From an uncultured Acetobacteraceae bacterium (lineage in GTDB: Bacteria; Pseudomonadota; Alphaproteobacteria; Acetobacterales; Acetobacteraceae): DNA of 64,000 bases. The position numbers and the translations under genes are program-made. The notes under the pieces are model-generated. The model did no database searches. It saw only the letters and a list, made by a program, of their open reading frames with translations, and was not told the DNA's origin. How positions within the stretch are numbered: position 1 is the first letter of the stretch; each line of letters begins with the position of its first letter. Shown here one piece after another: positions 1 to 8,904 of this stretch. The stretch lies in NCBI GenBank assembly GCA_964250755.1, contig CAXUHB010000001.1:169136-233135 (forward strand). The letters are read 5' to 3'.

Positions 1-485
1 CGGAGGCGCTGCAGCAGATCGTGTTCTGGCTGTTCGGCAGCCTGCAGCGCGCGACGCTGCCCAAGGTGGGGATCGTGGCCGCCGTGCTGCTGCTGGTGCT
101 GCCGATCCTGCTGGCCGACGCCTGGCGGCTGACGGCGCTGCGGCTGGGGGACGACCGGGCGCGGGCGCTGGGCGTGCGGGTGGGGCCGCTGCGGATGCGG
201 GCCTTCGTGGCGGTGTCCCTGCTGACCGGGGCGGCGGTGGCCTTCGTGGGCACCATCGGCTTCATCGGGCTGGTGGCGCCGCATATCGCGCGGGGGCTGG
301 TGGGGGAGGACCAGCGGCACCTGCTGCCGGCCTCCGCCGTGTTCGGGGCGCTGCTGCTGTCCGCGGCATCCGTCGCCAGCAAGCTGGTCCTGCCGGGCAC
401 GGTGTTCCCCATCGGCATCGTGACGGCGCTGATCGGGGTGCCGTTCTTCGGGTGGCTGGTGCTGTCGTTGGGGCGGGCGCGGTGA
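1..485 (+). CDS. FecCD/BtuC-family ABC transporter permease (C-terminal part; gene starts upstream of window)
   Basis: ORF 21..485 encodes hydrophobic TM segments ending ...GIVTALIGVPFFGWLVL, typical of the C-terminus of iron-siderophore/B12 permeases; followed with a GTGA overlap by its ATPase. Confidence 0.7.
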   Translation, partial: EALQQIVFWLFGSLQRATLPKVGIVAAVLLLVLPILLADAWRLTALRLGDDRARALGVRVGPLRMRAFVAVSLLTGAAVAFVGTIGFIGLVAPHIARGLVGEDQRHLLPASAVFGALLLSAASVASKLVLPGTVFPIGIVTALIGVPFFGWLVLSLGRAR

Positions 486-1234
486 TCCTGCGGGCGCAGT
501 CGGTCGGCGTGCGCTACGGCGCCCGGGTGGCGGTGGAGGGCGTGGACCTGCACGCGCATCCCGGCGAGGTGCTGGCCGTGCTGGGCGCCAACGGGTCCGG
601 CAAGTCGTCGCTGCTGCGCGCGCTGGCCGGGGTGCAGGCGCATAGCGGGGAGGTCGCCTGGGACGGCGCCGCGGCAGCACCGGGCGCCATCGGCTACATG
701 CCGCAGGACACCGGCGCGCGCGTGGCGCTGACTGCGTTCGAGGTGGTGCTGCTGGGCCGGATGCGGTCCCTGTCGTTCCGGCCCGGCGCGTCCGATCTTG
801 CCGCGGCCGAGGTTGCGATGGATGAGATCGGCGTCCTGGACCTGGCGGGGCGGCGCATCGGCGAACTGAGCGGCGGGCAGCGGCAGATGGTGCTGCTGGC
901 GCAGGTGCTGGCCGGCAGCCCCCGCGCGCTGCTGCTGGACGAGCCGACGGGCGCGCTGGACATCGCGCACCAGCTTCATGTGCTGGACCTGCTGCGGACG
1001 GCAACGCGCACGCGCGGGCTGACGACCATCGCCGTGCTGCACGACCTGAACGCCGCCGCGCGCTTCGCGGACCGGGTGGCGTTGATGCATGCCGGGCGGC
1101 TGGTGGGCGCGGGCCTGCCGCGCCAGGTGCTGCGCCCGGCGATGCTGGAGCCGGCATTCGCCGTGCGGGTCGCGGTGGACAAGGGATCGGATGGGCACCC
1201 CGTCGTGCTGCCGCTGCGGGCGATCCGGCCGTGA
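482..1234 (+). CDS. ABC transporter ATP-binding protein (FecE/BtuD-like)
   Basis: Walker A GANGSGKSSLL, ABC signature LSGGQRQ, Walker B LLLDEPTGALD; GTG start overlaps the permease stop (GTGA). Confidence 0.85.
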   Translation: MILRAQSVGVRYGARVAVEGVDLHAHPGEVLAVLGANGSGKSSLLRALAGVQAHSGEVAWDGAAAAPGAIGYMPQDTGARVALTAFEVVLLGRMRSLSFRPGASDLAAAEVAMDEIGVLDLAGRRIGELSGGQRQMVLLAQVLAGSPRALLLDEPTGALDIAHQLHVLDLLRTATRTRGLTTIAVLHDLNAAARFADRVALMHAGRLVGAGLPRQVLRPAMLEPAFAVRVAVDKGSDGHPVVLPLRAIRP

Positions 1235-1585
1235 CGGCGTGCCGCGCGCTGCTGGCCATGTGGGTTGCGCTCCTGGCGCTGGTGCAGCAGCCGCTACCGC
1301 GGACGCCTGCGATCCACGATACCGCAATTTGCCGCGGCAGCGGCCCGGCGCCGCCTGCCGAGCCGGACCACGCCTGCCCGCCCTGCCTGCTGTGCGCCGC
1401 CACGGCGGGCCTGGCCCTGGCGTCCGCCCCGCCGGCCCTGCCGGCGCGGCGCCTGCGATGGGCTGTGCCTGCCGCCACAGGGCCGGCCGATGACGCCAAC
1501 GCCCATCCTTGGCCCCCAACCCCCACGGCCCGCGGGCCTCCTGCTGCTTGAGCCAACCCTGCCGAGACCCCCGCTCAACCAGAGG

Positions 1586-2446
1586 ATGAACGAGATGACA
1601 CGCACGATATTGCCGCGCAGCCTGGTGCTGGCGGCCCTGCTGGCGCCGGTCCTGTTGCCGCGCCCCGCTGCCGCCCACGCCCACTTGACGGAGTCGCAGC
1701 CGGCGGACGGCGCGGCTGCCGCGGCGGTGCCGGACCTGCGCCTGGTATACACCGAAGCCGTGGACACCGGCCGCAGCATCATCGCGCTGCACGGGGCGGG
1801 CGGCGCAGACGTGCCCCTGCCGCCCTTGACCGCCGACCCGGCTGAGCCGAAGGCCGTGCTGCTGCACCTGGCCCAGCCGCTGCTGCCCGGGGCCTACACC
1901 GTCGAGTGGCACGCCGTCGCCGCCCGCAACGGACACCGGACGGAGGGGACCTACGCCTTCACCGTTGGCCAAGCCATCCCCGGCCAGGCCATCCCCGGGC
2001 AGGCCGCGGCAGTGCGGGCGGAGCAGCCTTGGGCGCGCGCTACTGCCCCGCAGCAGAAGGTGGGCGGGGCCTACGTCACGCTGACCAGTCCCGTGGGGGA
2101 CCGCTTGCTGGGCGTCAGCAGCCCCGTCGCCGGGCGGGCGGAGGTGCATGAGATGACAATGGCGGACAACGTGATGCGGATGCGCGAGCTGCCTGACGGG
2201 CTGCCGCTGCCGCCGGGGCAGGCGGTGGCGCTGGCGCCCGGGGGATACCACATCATGCTCATGGACCTGAAGCAGCCCCTGGTCGCCGGGCAGGTGATCC
2301 TCGTGCAGCTCCGCTTCCAGACGGCCCCGCCGCTGGACCTGCAGGTGCGCGTGGCGCCGGTCGGGGCGTCGGCGCCCCCGGTTGCCGGGGCTGGCGCACC
2401 GGCAGGCATGGGGGATCACGGCGGCATGGCAGGGCACACCCACTGA
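1586..2446 (+). CDS. CopC-PCuAC fusion periplasmic copper chaperone
   Basis: Signal peptide; N-terminal CopC-like domain starting HAHL...; 15-nt tandem linker (GQAIPGQAIP); C-terminal PCuAC/DUF461 with H..M..M motif (HEMTMADNVMRM) and His/Met-rich tail GMGDHGGMAGHTH. ATG at 1586 chosen inside the longer ORF 1265..2446. Confidence 0.65.
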   Translation: MNEMTRTILPRSLVLAALLAPVLLPRPAAAHAHLTESQPADGAAAAAVPDLRLVYTEAVDTGRSIIALHGAGGADVPLPPLTADPAEPKAVLLHLAQPLLPGAYTVEWHAVAARNGHRTEGTYAFTVGQAIPGQAIPGQAAAVRAEQPWARATAPQQKVGGAYVTLTSPVGDRLLGVSSPVAGRAEVHEMTMADNVMRMRELPDGLPLPPGQAVALAPGGYHIMLMDLKQPLVAGQVILVQLRFQTAPPLDLQVRVAPVGASAPPVAGAGAPAGMGDHGGMAGHTH

Positions 2447-3048
2447 TGGGGCGAACATTGATTGAGCGGCGGACCCTGCTGATGCTGGCCCCGGCGGGCG
2501 TGCTTGCCGCCGGGCTGGCGGGCGTGGCGGCCTGGGCGCGGTGGCGCCCGGGCGGGGCGGGGACCGCCGGCATCGGCGGCCCCTTCACGCTGCAGGACGG
2601 CGACGGCAAAGCGGTGACGGACCGGGACTTCCGCGGGCGCTGGATGCTGGTCTATTTCGGCTACACCCGCTGCCCCGACGCCTGCCCGACCGCGCTGCAG
2701 GACATGGCCAACGCCCTGGACGCGCTGACGCCGGAGCAGCGGGCCAAGATCGCGCCTTTGTTCATCAGCGTGGACCCCGAGCGCGACACGCCCGCCGTGG
2801 TGCGGGACTACGTGCGCGCCTTCGACGCGCCGATAACCGGGCTGAGCGGGACGCCGGCCCAAGTCGCGGCGGCGGCGAAGGCATACCGGGTCTATTACGC
2901 CAGGCATCCCCGCGCCGATGGCGACTACGAGATGGACCACAGCAGCATCATCTACCTGATGGACCCACGCGGGGAGTTCGCCGGCAACTTCACGCACGAG
3001 ACCGCGCCGGAGGTCATCGCCGCCAAGCTGCGGACGCTGGTGGGGTGA
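2446..3048 (+). CDS. SCO1/SenC family copper chaperone (thioredoxin fold)
   Basis: YFGYTRCPDACP CxxxC motif and conserved His region; N-terminal TM anchor; ATG overlaps upstream stop (TGATG). Confidence 0.85.
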   Translation: MGRTLIERRTLLMLAPAGVLAAGLAGVAAWARWRPGGAGTAGIGGPFTLQDGDGKAVTDRDFRGRWMLVYFGYTRCPDACPTALQDMANALDALTPEQRAKIAPLFISVDPERDTPAVVRDYVRAFDAPITGLSGTPAQVAAAAKAYRVYYARHPRADGDYEMDHSSIIYLMDPRGEFAGNFTHETAPEVIAAKLRTLVG

Positions 3049-3545
3049 GGGCGCCGTTGCTGCTCGGCGCGGCTGCTGCGGCGGGCGTTGCCGGGTGGGT
3101 CGGCCTGGCGTCCACAGGCGGCGCGGCGCAAGTCCGGCGCGGCGCGGCGGTCCATGCTGCCCATTGCGCGGGGTGCCACGGCGCTGCGGGGGAGGGGCAG
3201 CCCGGCTGGGAGCGGCCCGGTCCCGATGGCCTGCTGCCAGCGCCGCCGCATGATGCGTCGGGCCACGCCTGGCAGCACTCGGACGCGCAGTTGCGGGCCT
3301 GGATCATGCAGGGGCCGTCGGGCGGCGGAGCGCCGGCGGGCTACCGCTCCGCGATGCCGGCCTATGCCGGGCGGCTGACGGAGGAGCAGGTGGACGACGT
3401 GATCGCGTGGATGCGGACGCTGTGGCCTGCGGGCGAGCGGGCGTGGCAGGCGGCGCAGAACCCAGACGGGCCGCGGCTGGACGCGCTGCCGGGGGAGTGG
3501 CGGTTCCCGGTGACGTGCAGGCCGGGGTGGGCGGCGGGGGGCTGA
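3045..3545 (+). CDS. c-type cytochrome (single heme CxxCH)
   Basis: GTG start overlapping SCO1 stop (GTGA); signal-like N-terminus; heme-binding CAGCHG; good GC3 bias. Confidence 0.55.
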   Translation: MRAPLLLGAAAAAGVAGWVGLASTGGAAQVRRGAAVHAAHCAGCHGAAGEGQPGWERPGPDGLLPAPPHDASGHAWQHSDAQLRAWIMQGPSGGGAPAGYRSAMPAYAGRLTEEQVDDVIAWMRTLWPAGERAWQAAQNPDGPRLDALPGEWRFPVTCRPGWAAGG

Positions 3546-3621
3546 CCGTCATGCCGCGCCTTGCAGTTGGCGCAGCCATGTCCCATGCCGTCATTGCAAG
3601 CATTGGCAGCAAACGGAGGCG

Positions 3622-3900
3622 ATGATGCCGATCCTGACCGTGCGGAACCTCGATGAAGATACCGTGCGGCGTCTCCGCATACGTGCGGCGGAGCATGGGC
3701 GGTCAGCCGAGGCGGAGCACCGCGAACTGCTACGGGCCGCATTGGCGGACAGCAACCAAACTGTCGGGCGGGAGCAGGCTGCTGCGCGGCTTGCAGAGTT
3801 CCGCAGCCGGACTGCCGGACGTGGGGCGTCGTCCTCATCCGAATTGCTGGAGGAGTCCCGACGAAGCCGGACCGGGCGTCTGGCCGGCAAGGACACTTGA
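3622..3900 (+). CDS. vapB: type II antitoxin, VapB/FitA-like (plasmid stability protein family)
   Basis: N-terminus MMPILTVRNLDEDTVRRLRIRAAEHGRSAEAEHRELL matches the FitA/VapB antitoxin family; stop overlaps the TTG start of a PIN-domain ORF. Confidence 0.7.
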   Translation: MMPILTVRNLDEDTVRRLRIRAAEHGRSAEAEHRELLRAALADSNQTVGREQAAARLAEFRSRTAGRGASSSSELLEESRRSRTGRLAGKDT

Positions 3901-4356
3901 CGCTGGCCCTGGTCGTTGATGCCTCGGTCGGGCTGAAATGGGTGTTGCAGGATGCGGACAGCCATCTTGCGGCGGCGCTGGCGTCGAGCGGCGAAATTCT
4001 GCTCGTTCCCGACTTCTGGCTGAACGAGGCAACAAGCGTCCTTTGGCTTGCAAATGCACCGAAAGTTGCTGACACCTGACGAGGCCAGGGAGGGTCTGGC
4101 GCTCCTGCAAGTCCAAGTTGCGCCGACTTCGACCGCCGGCATGGGACTGCAAGAAATTGCGCTCGATATCGGCTTGGACGTTGGCCACTCCACCTACGAC
4201 ACTTTATACGTTGCATTCGCGTGGGCGGTCGGAGCGGCCAACGTGGTTGTGGCTGATGGCCCGTTCGTGAGAGCCATGAAGCGCCATCCTGACCCTGTCC
4301 TGGCCGCCATGCTGCTGCCGCCCGACGCCTGGGCTGCCGCGAACCGCACATTGTGA
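3897..4356 (+). pseudogene. vapC: VapC-like PIN-domain toxin, split by a +1 frameshift near 4045-4055
   Basis: ORF 3897..4079 (LVVDASV..., PIN N-terminus) and ORF 4048..4356 (…YDTLYVAFA…, PIN C-terminus) are in different frames and together make one PIN domain of about 150 aa. Confidence 0.55.
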
Positions 4357-4377
4357 CTGGATGCGGAGACGGCGCAG

Positions 4378-5973
4378 TCACCCCGACCCACCCCTGATGA
4401 ACCCCGCCGCCCGCTCCGCCACCATCATCACCGCCGGCTGAATGTTGCCAGATGGCACCAGCGGGAAGACCGAGGCGTCGGCGACCCGCAGCCCGTCCAA
4501 CCCGCGCAGGCGCAGCAAGGGGTCCACCACCGCCGCCTCGTCGGCGCCCATGCGGCAGGTGCCGCAGGGATGATACACCGTCGTGCCCGAGGCGCGGATG
4601 TAGGCCAGCATGGCGTCGTCGCCCTCCACGTCCGGGGGCGGGGCCAACTCCTCCAGCACCAGGTCGGCGAAGGGCGGCGTGCGGCCCAGCCGCCGGGCCA
4701 GTGCCGCGCCCAGCAGCATCGCCCGCTGGTCGCCCGGCGCGGACAGGTAGTTGGCGCGGATCACCGGGGGGCTATCCGGGTCCGCGTCGCGCAGCGTCAG
4801 CGCGCCGCGGCTGTCCGGGCGGCACTGGCCGAAGTTGAACATGAAGCCGGGGTGCTTGGGCAGCACGTAGCCGCCGCCCGGGGCCAGGCTGAAGTTGATG
4901 AACTGGAACTGCACCTCCGCCTCCTCCGCCCCTGGCGTCACGCGGGCGAACAGGGTGGCCTCCGTCGCGCCCACCGCCATCGGGCCGCGGCGGCGCAAGG
5001 CGTAGCCCAGGGCCATCGCACCGGTGCGGAGGCGGCTGGCGGTGATCTCGTTCAGCGTGCCGGCGGGGCGGGTGCGGTAGCCGAAGCGGGTGATGAAGTG
5101 GTCCTGCAGGTTGGCCCCCACCGCCGGGCGGTGCAGCCGGACGGGGATGCCGTGCGCCTGCAGCGCCGCGCCGTCGCCGATGCCGGACAGCATCAGCAGC
5201 TTGGGCGACATGACGGCGCCCGCGCACAGCACGGCTTCCCGCGCTGCCCGCACCTCGAACGGCGGGCCGTCCGCCCGGCGGGCGGTGCAGCCGATGACGC
5301 GCCCGTCCTCGATCAGCAGGCGCTGGACGGTGACGCCGGTCAGCACCTGCAGGTTGGGCCGTCCGCGGGCCGGGCGAAGGTAGGCCTGCGCCGTGCTGCT
5401 GCGGCGGCCCCGGCGGACGTTCATCTGGATGGGCGCCACGCCCTCGATGGCGCCGTCGTTGATGTCGCGATGCCGGGGGAAGCCGAGGGCGGCGCAGGAC
5501 TCGATGAAGGCGGCTGCGCCCGGGGACAGGCCGCGCGGCTCGCTGACGGTGATGGGGCCGCCGCGGGCGCGGGTGGCGCTGGGGTCGCCTTCCCAGTTCT
5601 CGATTCCGCGGAAGGCCGGCAGCACGTCGTCGTACGACCAGCCGCGCGCGCCGGCCTGCGCCCAACGGTCGTAGTCGTGCGGGGAGCCGCGGAGATAGAC
5701 CAAGCCGTTGATGGATCCGGACCCGCCCAGCACGCGCCCGCGTGGCCAGTTGACGCTGCGCCCGCCTAACTCGGGCTCGGGTTCGGTGGCGAAGCGCCAG
5801 TCGTAGGCGCCGCTCGCGAATAGCCGGGCATAGCCGGCCGGGATGTGTATCCAGGGGTCGTGGTCCTCCGGCCCGGCTTCCAGCAGCGTCACGCGGGTGG
5901 CGGGGTTCTCGGACAGGCGCGCGGCCAGGATGCAGCCGGCGGTGCCGCCGCCGATCACGAGGTAGTCGGTCAT
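4378..5973 (-). CDS. GMC-family FAD oxidoreductase (choline/alcohol dehydrogenase-like)
   Basis: N-terminal MTDYLVIGGGTAGCILAARLSE Rossmann motif, 531 aa, GMC signature regions. Confidence 0.85.
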   Translation of the reverse strand: MTDYLVIGGGTAGCILAARLSENPATRVTLLEAGPEDHDPWIHIPAGYARLFASGAYDWRFATEPEPELGGRSVNWPRGRVLGGSGSINGLVYLRGSPHDYDRWAQAGARGWSYDDVLPAFRGIENWEGDPSATRARGGPITVSEPRGLSPGAAAFIESCAALGFPRHRDINDGAIEGVAPIQMNVRRGRRSSTAQAYLRPARGRPNLQVLTGVTVQRLLIEDGRVIGCTARRADGPPFEVRAAREAVLCAGAVMSPKLLMLSGIGDGAALQAHGIPVRLHRPAVGANLQDHFITRFGYRTRPAGTLNEITASRLRTGAMALGYALRRRGPMAVGATEATLFARVTPGAEEAEVQFQFINFSLAPGGGYVLPKHPGFMFNFGQCRPDSRGALTLRDADPDSPPVIRANYLSAPGDQRAMLLGAALARRLGRTPPFADLVLEELAPPPDVEGDDAMLAYIRASGTTVYHPCGTCRMGADEAAVVDPLLRLRGLDGLRVADASVFPLVPSGNIQPAVMMVAERAAGFIRGGSG

Positions 5974-6088
5974 GGATGCACCTCCCTGCCATGTTGGACG
6001 CAGCGTGGGGCGGCAGCGGGCATTGGGGAAGGGGGAAACCCGGGCGGGGCAAGGCTGTTACCGGCGCAACGGAACAGGCGGTGCCCCC

Positions 6089-6850
6089 ATGTTCGACTTC
6101 AGCGATTTTCGCGCGCCCCATGGCCGGCGGCTGCTGATCGGCACGGCAGGATGGCTTGCCGCGGCGGGCGCCGCACGGGCGGCTGGTCCCACGGTGCAAC
6201 CCATGCTGAACGACCCGCCGCCGGATGAGGAGGCGCTGGCGCGCAAGGCCCGCTCCATCGCCGCTCTGCGCGCCGCTGGCATACCGGTGCTGGAGAGCCT
6301 GCCCACCCTCCCGTCCGCGGCTCGGATACGCCAGCGCAGCCGGATGGAGGTCGAGCAGCGCTGCAAGTGCCTGGCCGCCGTGGGCGTGACTGCGGAGGAG
6401 GCGTCAGCCGGCGCGCAAGCGATGCAGCGTCTCGGCCTGAGGATGAAGGACTTCACCCCGGACGAGCAGGCGTTCCTGCAAGCCGGGACCCGCTCCCAGC
6501 GGGAGCGCGCAAGGTTCGGCTGGCAATACGAGTGCCTCGCCGTGCTGATGTGGACGCTTGGCACCTGGACGCTGGAGCCGCCGGCGGACATCGTGGACGT
6601 TCCAGGGCTGGTGCGCGCCGTCATTGCCAACTATGCGCCCGGTCCGGCCAAGGGGCAGCCCCGGCCTTTCGCCGAGGTGCTGGACATGGCGGACCTGGTC
6701 TATCGCCAGCACTGGGCCGCCCGCAACGCCAGCGTGACCGGCAAGCCGCCCGTGCCCGGCCTGAACGAGGAGGTGCTGCTGGAGCGGCACCGCGCCCTGG
6801 GGTGGCTGATCCGCAACGGGGCGTGGGACGACGTGGACGTGAGCACCTGA
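6089..6850 (+). CDS. hypothetical protein with twin-arginine (Tat) signal peptide; DUF4272-like
   Basis: ATG at 6089 inside ORF 5972..6850; HGRRLLIGTAGWLAAAGAARAAG looks like a Tat signal; strong GC3 bias; divergent from the GMC oxidoreductase. Confidence 0.5.
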   Translation: MFDFSDFRAPHGRRLLIGTAGWLAAAGAARAAGPTVQPMLNDPPPDEEALARKARSIAALRAAGIPVLESLPTLPSAARIRQRSRMEVEQRCKCLAAVGVTAEEASAGAQAMQRLGLRMKDFTPDEQAFLQAGTRSQRERARFGWQYECLAVLMWTLGTWTLEPPADIVDVPGLVRAVIANYAPGPAKGQPRPFAEVLDMADLVYRQHWAARNASVTGKPPVPGLNEEVLLERHRALGWLIRNGAWDDVDVST

Positions 6851-7041
6851 AGCAGACCTCTGGAAGCCTGTGCATGGAGGGAGCCCTAGGCAGGCCTCTG
6901 CGGTCCGGCCTGGCCGGAGGCCATCCGTGCGGCAAGCCGCAGCAGCCTGCTTGGACGCGCCGTGCCTGCCCGGATCGGCTGCGGGCACCTTGACAACCCG
7001 CCCCAAGGCCGCGACGAACCCGGCATGGCGAGACCCCCCGC

Positions 7042-8904
7042 ATGACCCGGCGCACGCGCTGCATCGCCACCGTCTGCCTGTCCGGCACGCTGCCTGACAA
7101 GCTGGAGGCCGCGGCGGCCGTGGGCTTCGACGGGGTGGAGGTCTTCGAGAATGATCTGCTGACCTTCCCAGGCTCCCCGGCCGACGTGCGGGACATGGCC
7201 GCCGGCCTTGGGTTGTCCATTGACCTGTTCCAGCCCTTCCGCGATTTCGAAGCGATGCCGGAGCCGCAGCGCGCCCGCAACATGGACCGGGCCGAGCGCA
7301 AGTTCGACGTGATGCAGCAACTCGGGGCCGAGCTGATCCTGGTGTGCAGCAACATCCAGCCTGCGGCGCTGGACGACCCCGCCCGGGCCGCCGCGGACCT
7401 GCACGAGATGGCGGAGCGCGCCGCACGCCGCGGCTTGCGGGTTGGCTACGAGGCGCTGGCCTGGGGCCGGCACACGCGGCGGTGGCGGCAGGCCTGGGAC
7501 ATCGTGCAGCGGGCGGACCACCCGGCGCTGGGCCTGATCGTGGACAGCTTCCACACGTTGGCGCTGGGCGACGATCCCGCGGGCATCGCGGAGGTGCCCG
7601 GCGGGCGCATCTTCTTCGTGCAGCTTGCGGACGCGCCCGTGTTGCAGATGGACGTGCTGTCCTGGTCCCGGCACTACCGCAACTTTCCCGGCCAGGGCGC
7701 CTTGGATGTGCCGGGCTTCCTGCGCGCGGTGGATGCCAGCGGCTACGCCGGGCCGCTGTCGCTGGAGGTGTTCAACGACGATTTCCGTGCGGCGCCCGCC
7801 AGCCTGACGGCGCGCGACGGGCTGCGGTCCCTGGCGCTGGTGGAGGCCGAGGCGGGGATGACCACCCTGCCGCCGCCGCCGCGCTTCGACGGGATCGAGT
7901 TCGTGGAGTTCGCGGTGGACGACGCGGCGGGGGAGGAGCTGGCGGGCTTCCTGGGCACGCTGGGCTTCCACCATGCCGGCACGCACCGGAGCAAGGCGGT
8001 GGACCTGTATCGGCAAGGTCGGGTCAACCTGGTGCTGAACCGGGAGCAGGACAGCGCGGCGGCCGAGCACTTCCTGCTGCACGGCCCCAGCGTGTGCGCG
8101 ATGGCGCTGCGGGTGGACGACTCGGCAGCGGCAGTCGCGCGGGCGGAGGCGCTGCTGTGCCCGGAGTGGCGGGAGCCGGTGGGGGAAGGCGAGCGCCGCA
8201 TCCCGGCCGTGCGCGCGCCCGACGGCACCTTGATCCACCTGGTCCAGGCCGATGCCGGCGGGCGCACGATCTGGCAGGACGACTTCGACCTGGACCCGGT
8301 GCCGGATGGGGAGATGCTGGCCGCCATAGACCATGTGGCCCAGGCGCTGCCGGCCGGGCGTATGGACGGCGCGGTGCTGTTCTGGCGCGCGGTGTTCGGC
8401 TTGCAAGCGGAGCCGCTGGTGGAAATCCCCGACCCCTTCGGCCTGGTGCGCAGCCGCGCGATGGTCAGCGCCGACGGCACGGTGCGGCTGCCGTTGAACA
8501 TCAGCGAGGGGCGGGAGACGCTGACGGGCCGCTTCGTGTCGGCCTACGCCGGGGCGGGGGTGCATCACATCGCCTTCGCCGCGCCGGACGCAGCCGCCGC
8601 GGCCACGGCGGCGGTGGCGGCGCAGGCGCGCATGCTGCCGATCCCCGAGAACTATTACGACGACCTTGCCGCCCGCTGGGGCCTGGACGACCCGGCGCTG
8701 GATGCACTGCGCCGGCTGAACCTGCTGTATGACCGGGATGCCGGCGGCGAGTTCATCCACGCCTACACGGACGCCTTCGCCGACCGCTTCTTCTTCGAGA
8801 TCGTGGAGCGCCGGGGCAGCCGCGGCTTTGGCGCCGCGAACGCCACGGTGCGTCTGGCCGCGCAGGCGGCGCTTGCAGCAACAGGTGGAACATGGATGGA
8901 CTAG
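7042..8904 (+). CDS. 3-dehydroshikimate dehydratase-like fusion enzyme (sugar-phosphate isomerase TIM barrel + 4-HPPD/VOC-like C-terminal domain)
   Basis: N-terminus CIATVCLSGTLPDKLEAAAAVGFDGVEVFENDLL resembles the QuiC1/AsbF-type dehydratase; 620 aa two-domain architecture; alternative-frame ORFs over it are GC artefacts. Confidence 0.6.
   Translation: MTRRTRCIATVCLSGTLPDKLEAAAAVGFDGVEVFENDLLTFPGSPADVRDMAAGLGLSIDLFQPFRDFEAMPEPQRARNMDRAERKFDVMQQLGAELILVCSNIQPAALDDPARAAADLHEMAERAARRGLRVGYEALAWGRHTRRWRQAWDIVQRADHPALGLIVDSFHTLALGDDPAGIAEVPGGRIFFVQLADAPVLQMDVLSWSRHYRNFPGQGALDVPGFLRAVDASGYAGPLSLEVFNDDFRAAPASLTARDGLRSLALVEAEAGMTTLPPPPRFDGIEFVEFAVDDAAGEELAGFLGTLGFHHAGTHRSKAVDLYRQGRVNLVLNREQDSAAAEHFLLHGPSVCAMALRVDDSAAAVARAEALLCPEWREPVGEGERRIPAVRAPDGTLIHLVQADAGGRTIWQDDFDLDPVPDGEMLAAIDHVAQALPAGRMDGAVLFWRAVFGLQAEPLVEIPDPFGLVRSRAMVSADGTVRLPLNISEGRETLTGRFVSAYAGAGVHHIAFAAPDAAAAATAAVAAQARMLPIPENYYDDLAARWGLDDPALDALRRLNLLYDRDAGGEFIHAYTDAFADRFFFEIVERRGSRGFGAANATVRLAAQAALAATGGTWMD

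Noticed and set aside
3362-4381. 339-aa minus-strand ORF across the vapBC locus
   Set aside because: Antisense to a recognisable RHH antitoxin and PIN domain; low-complexity translation
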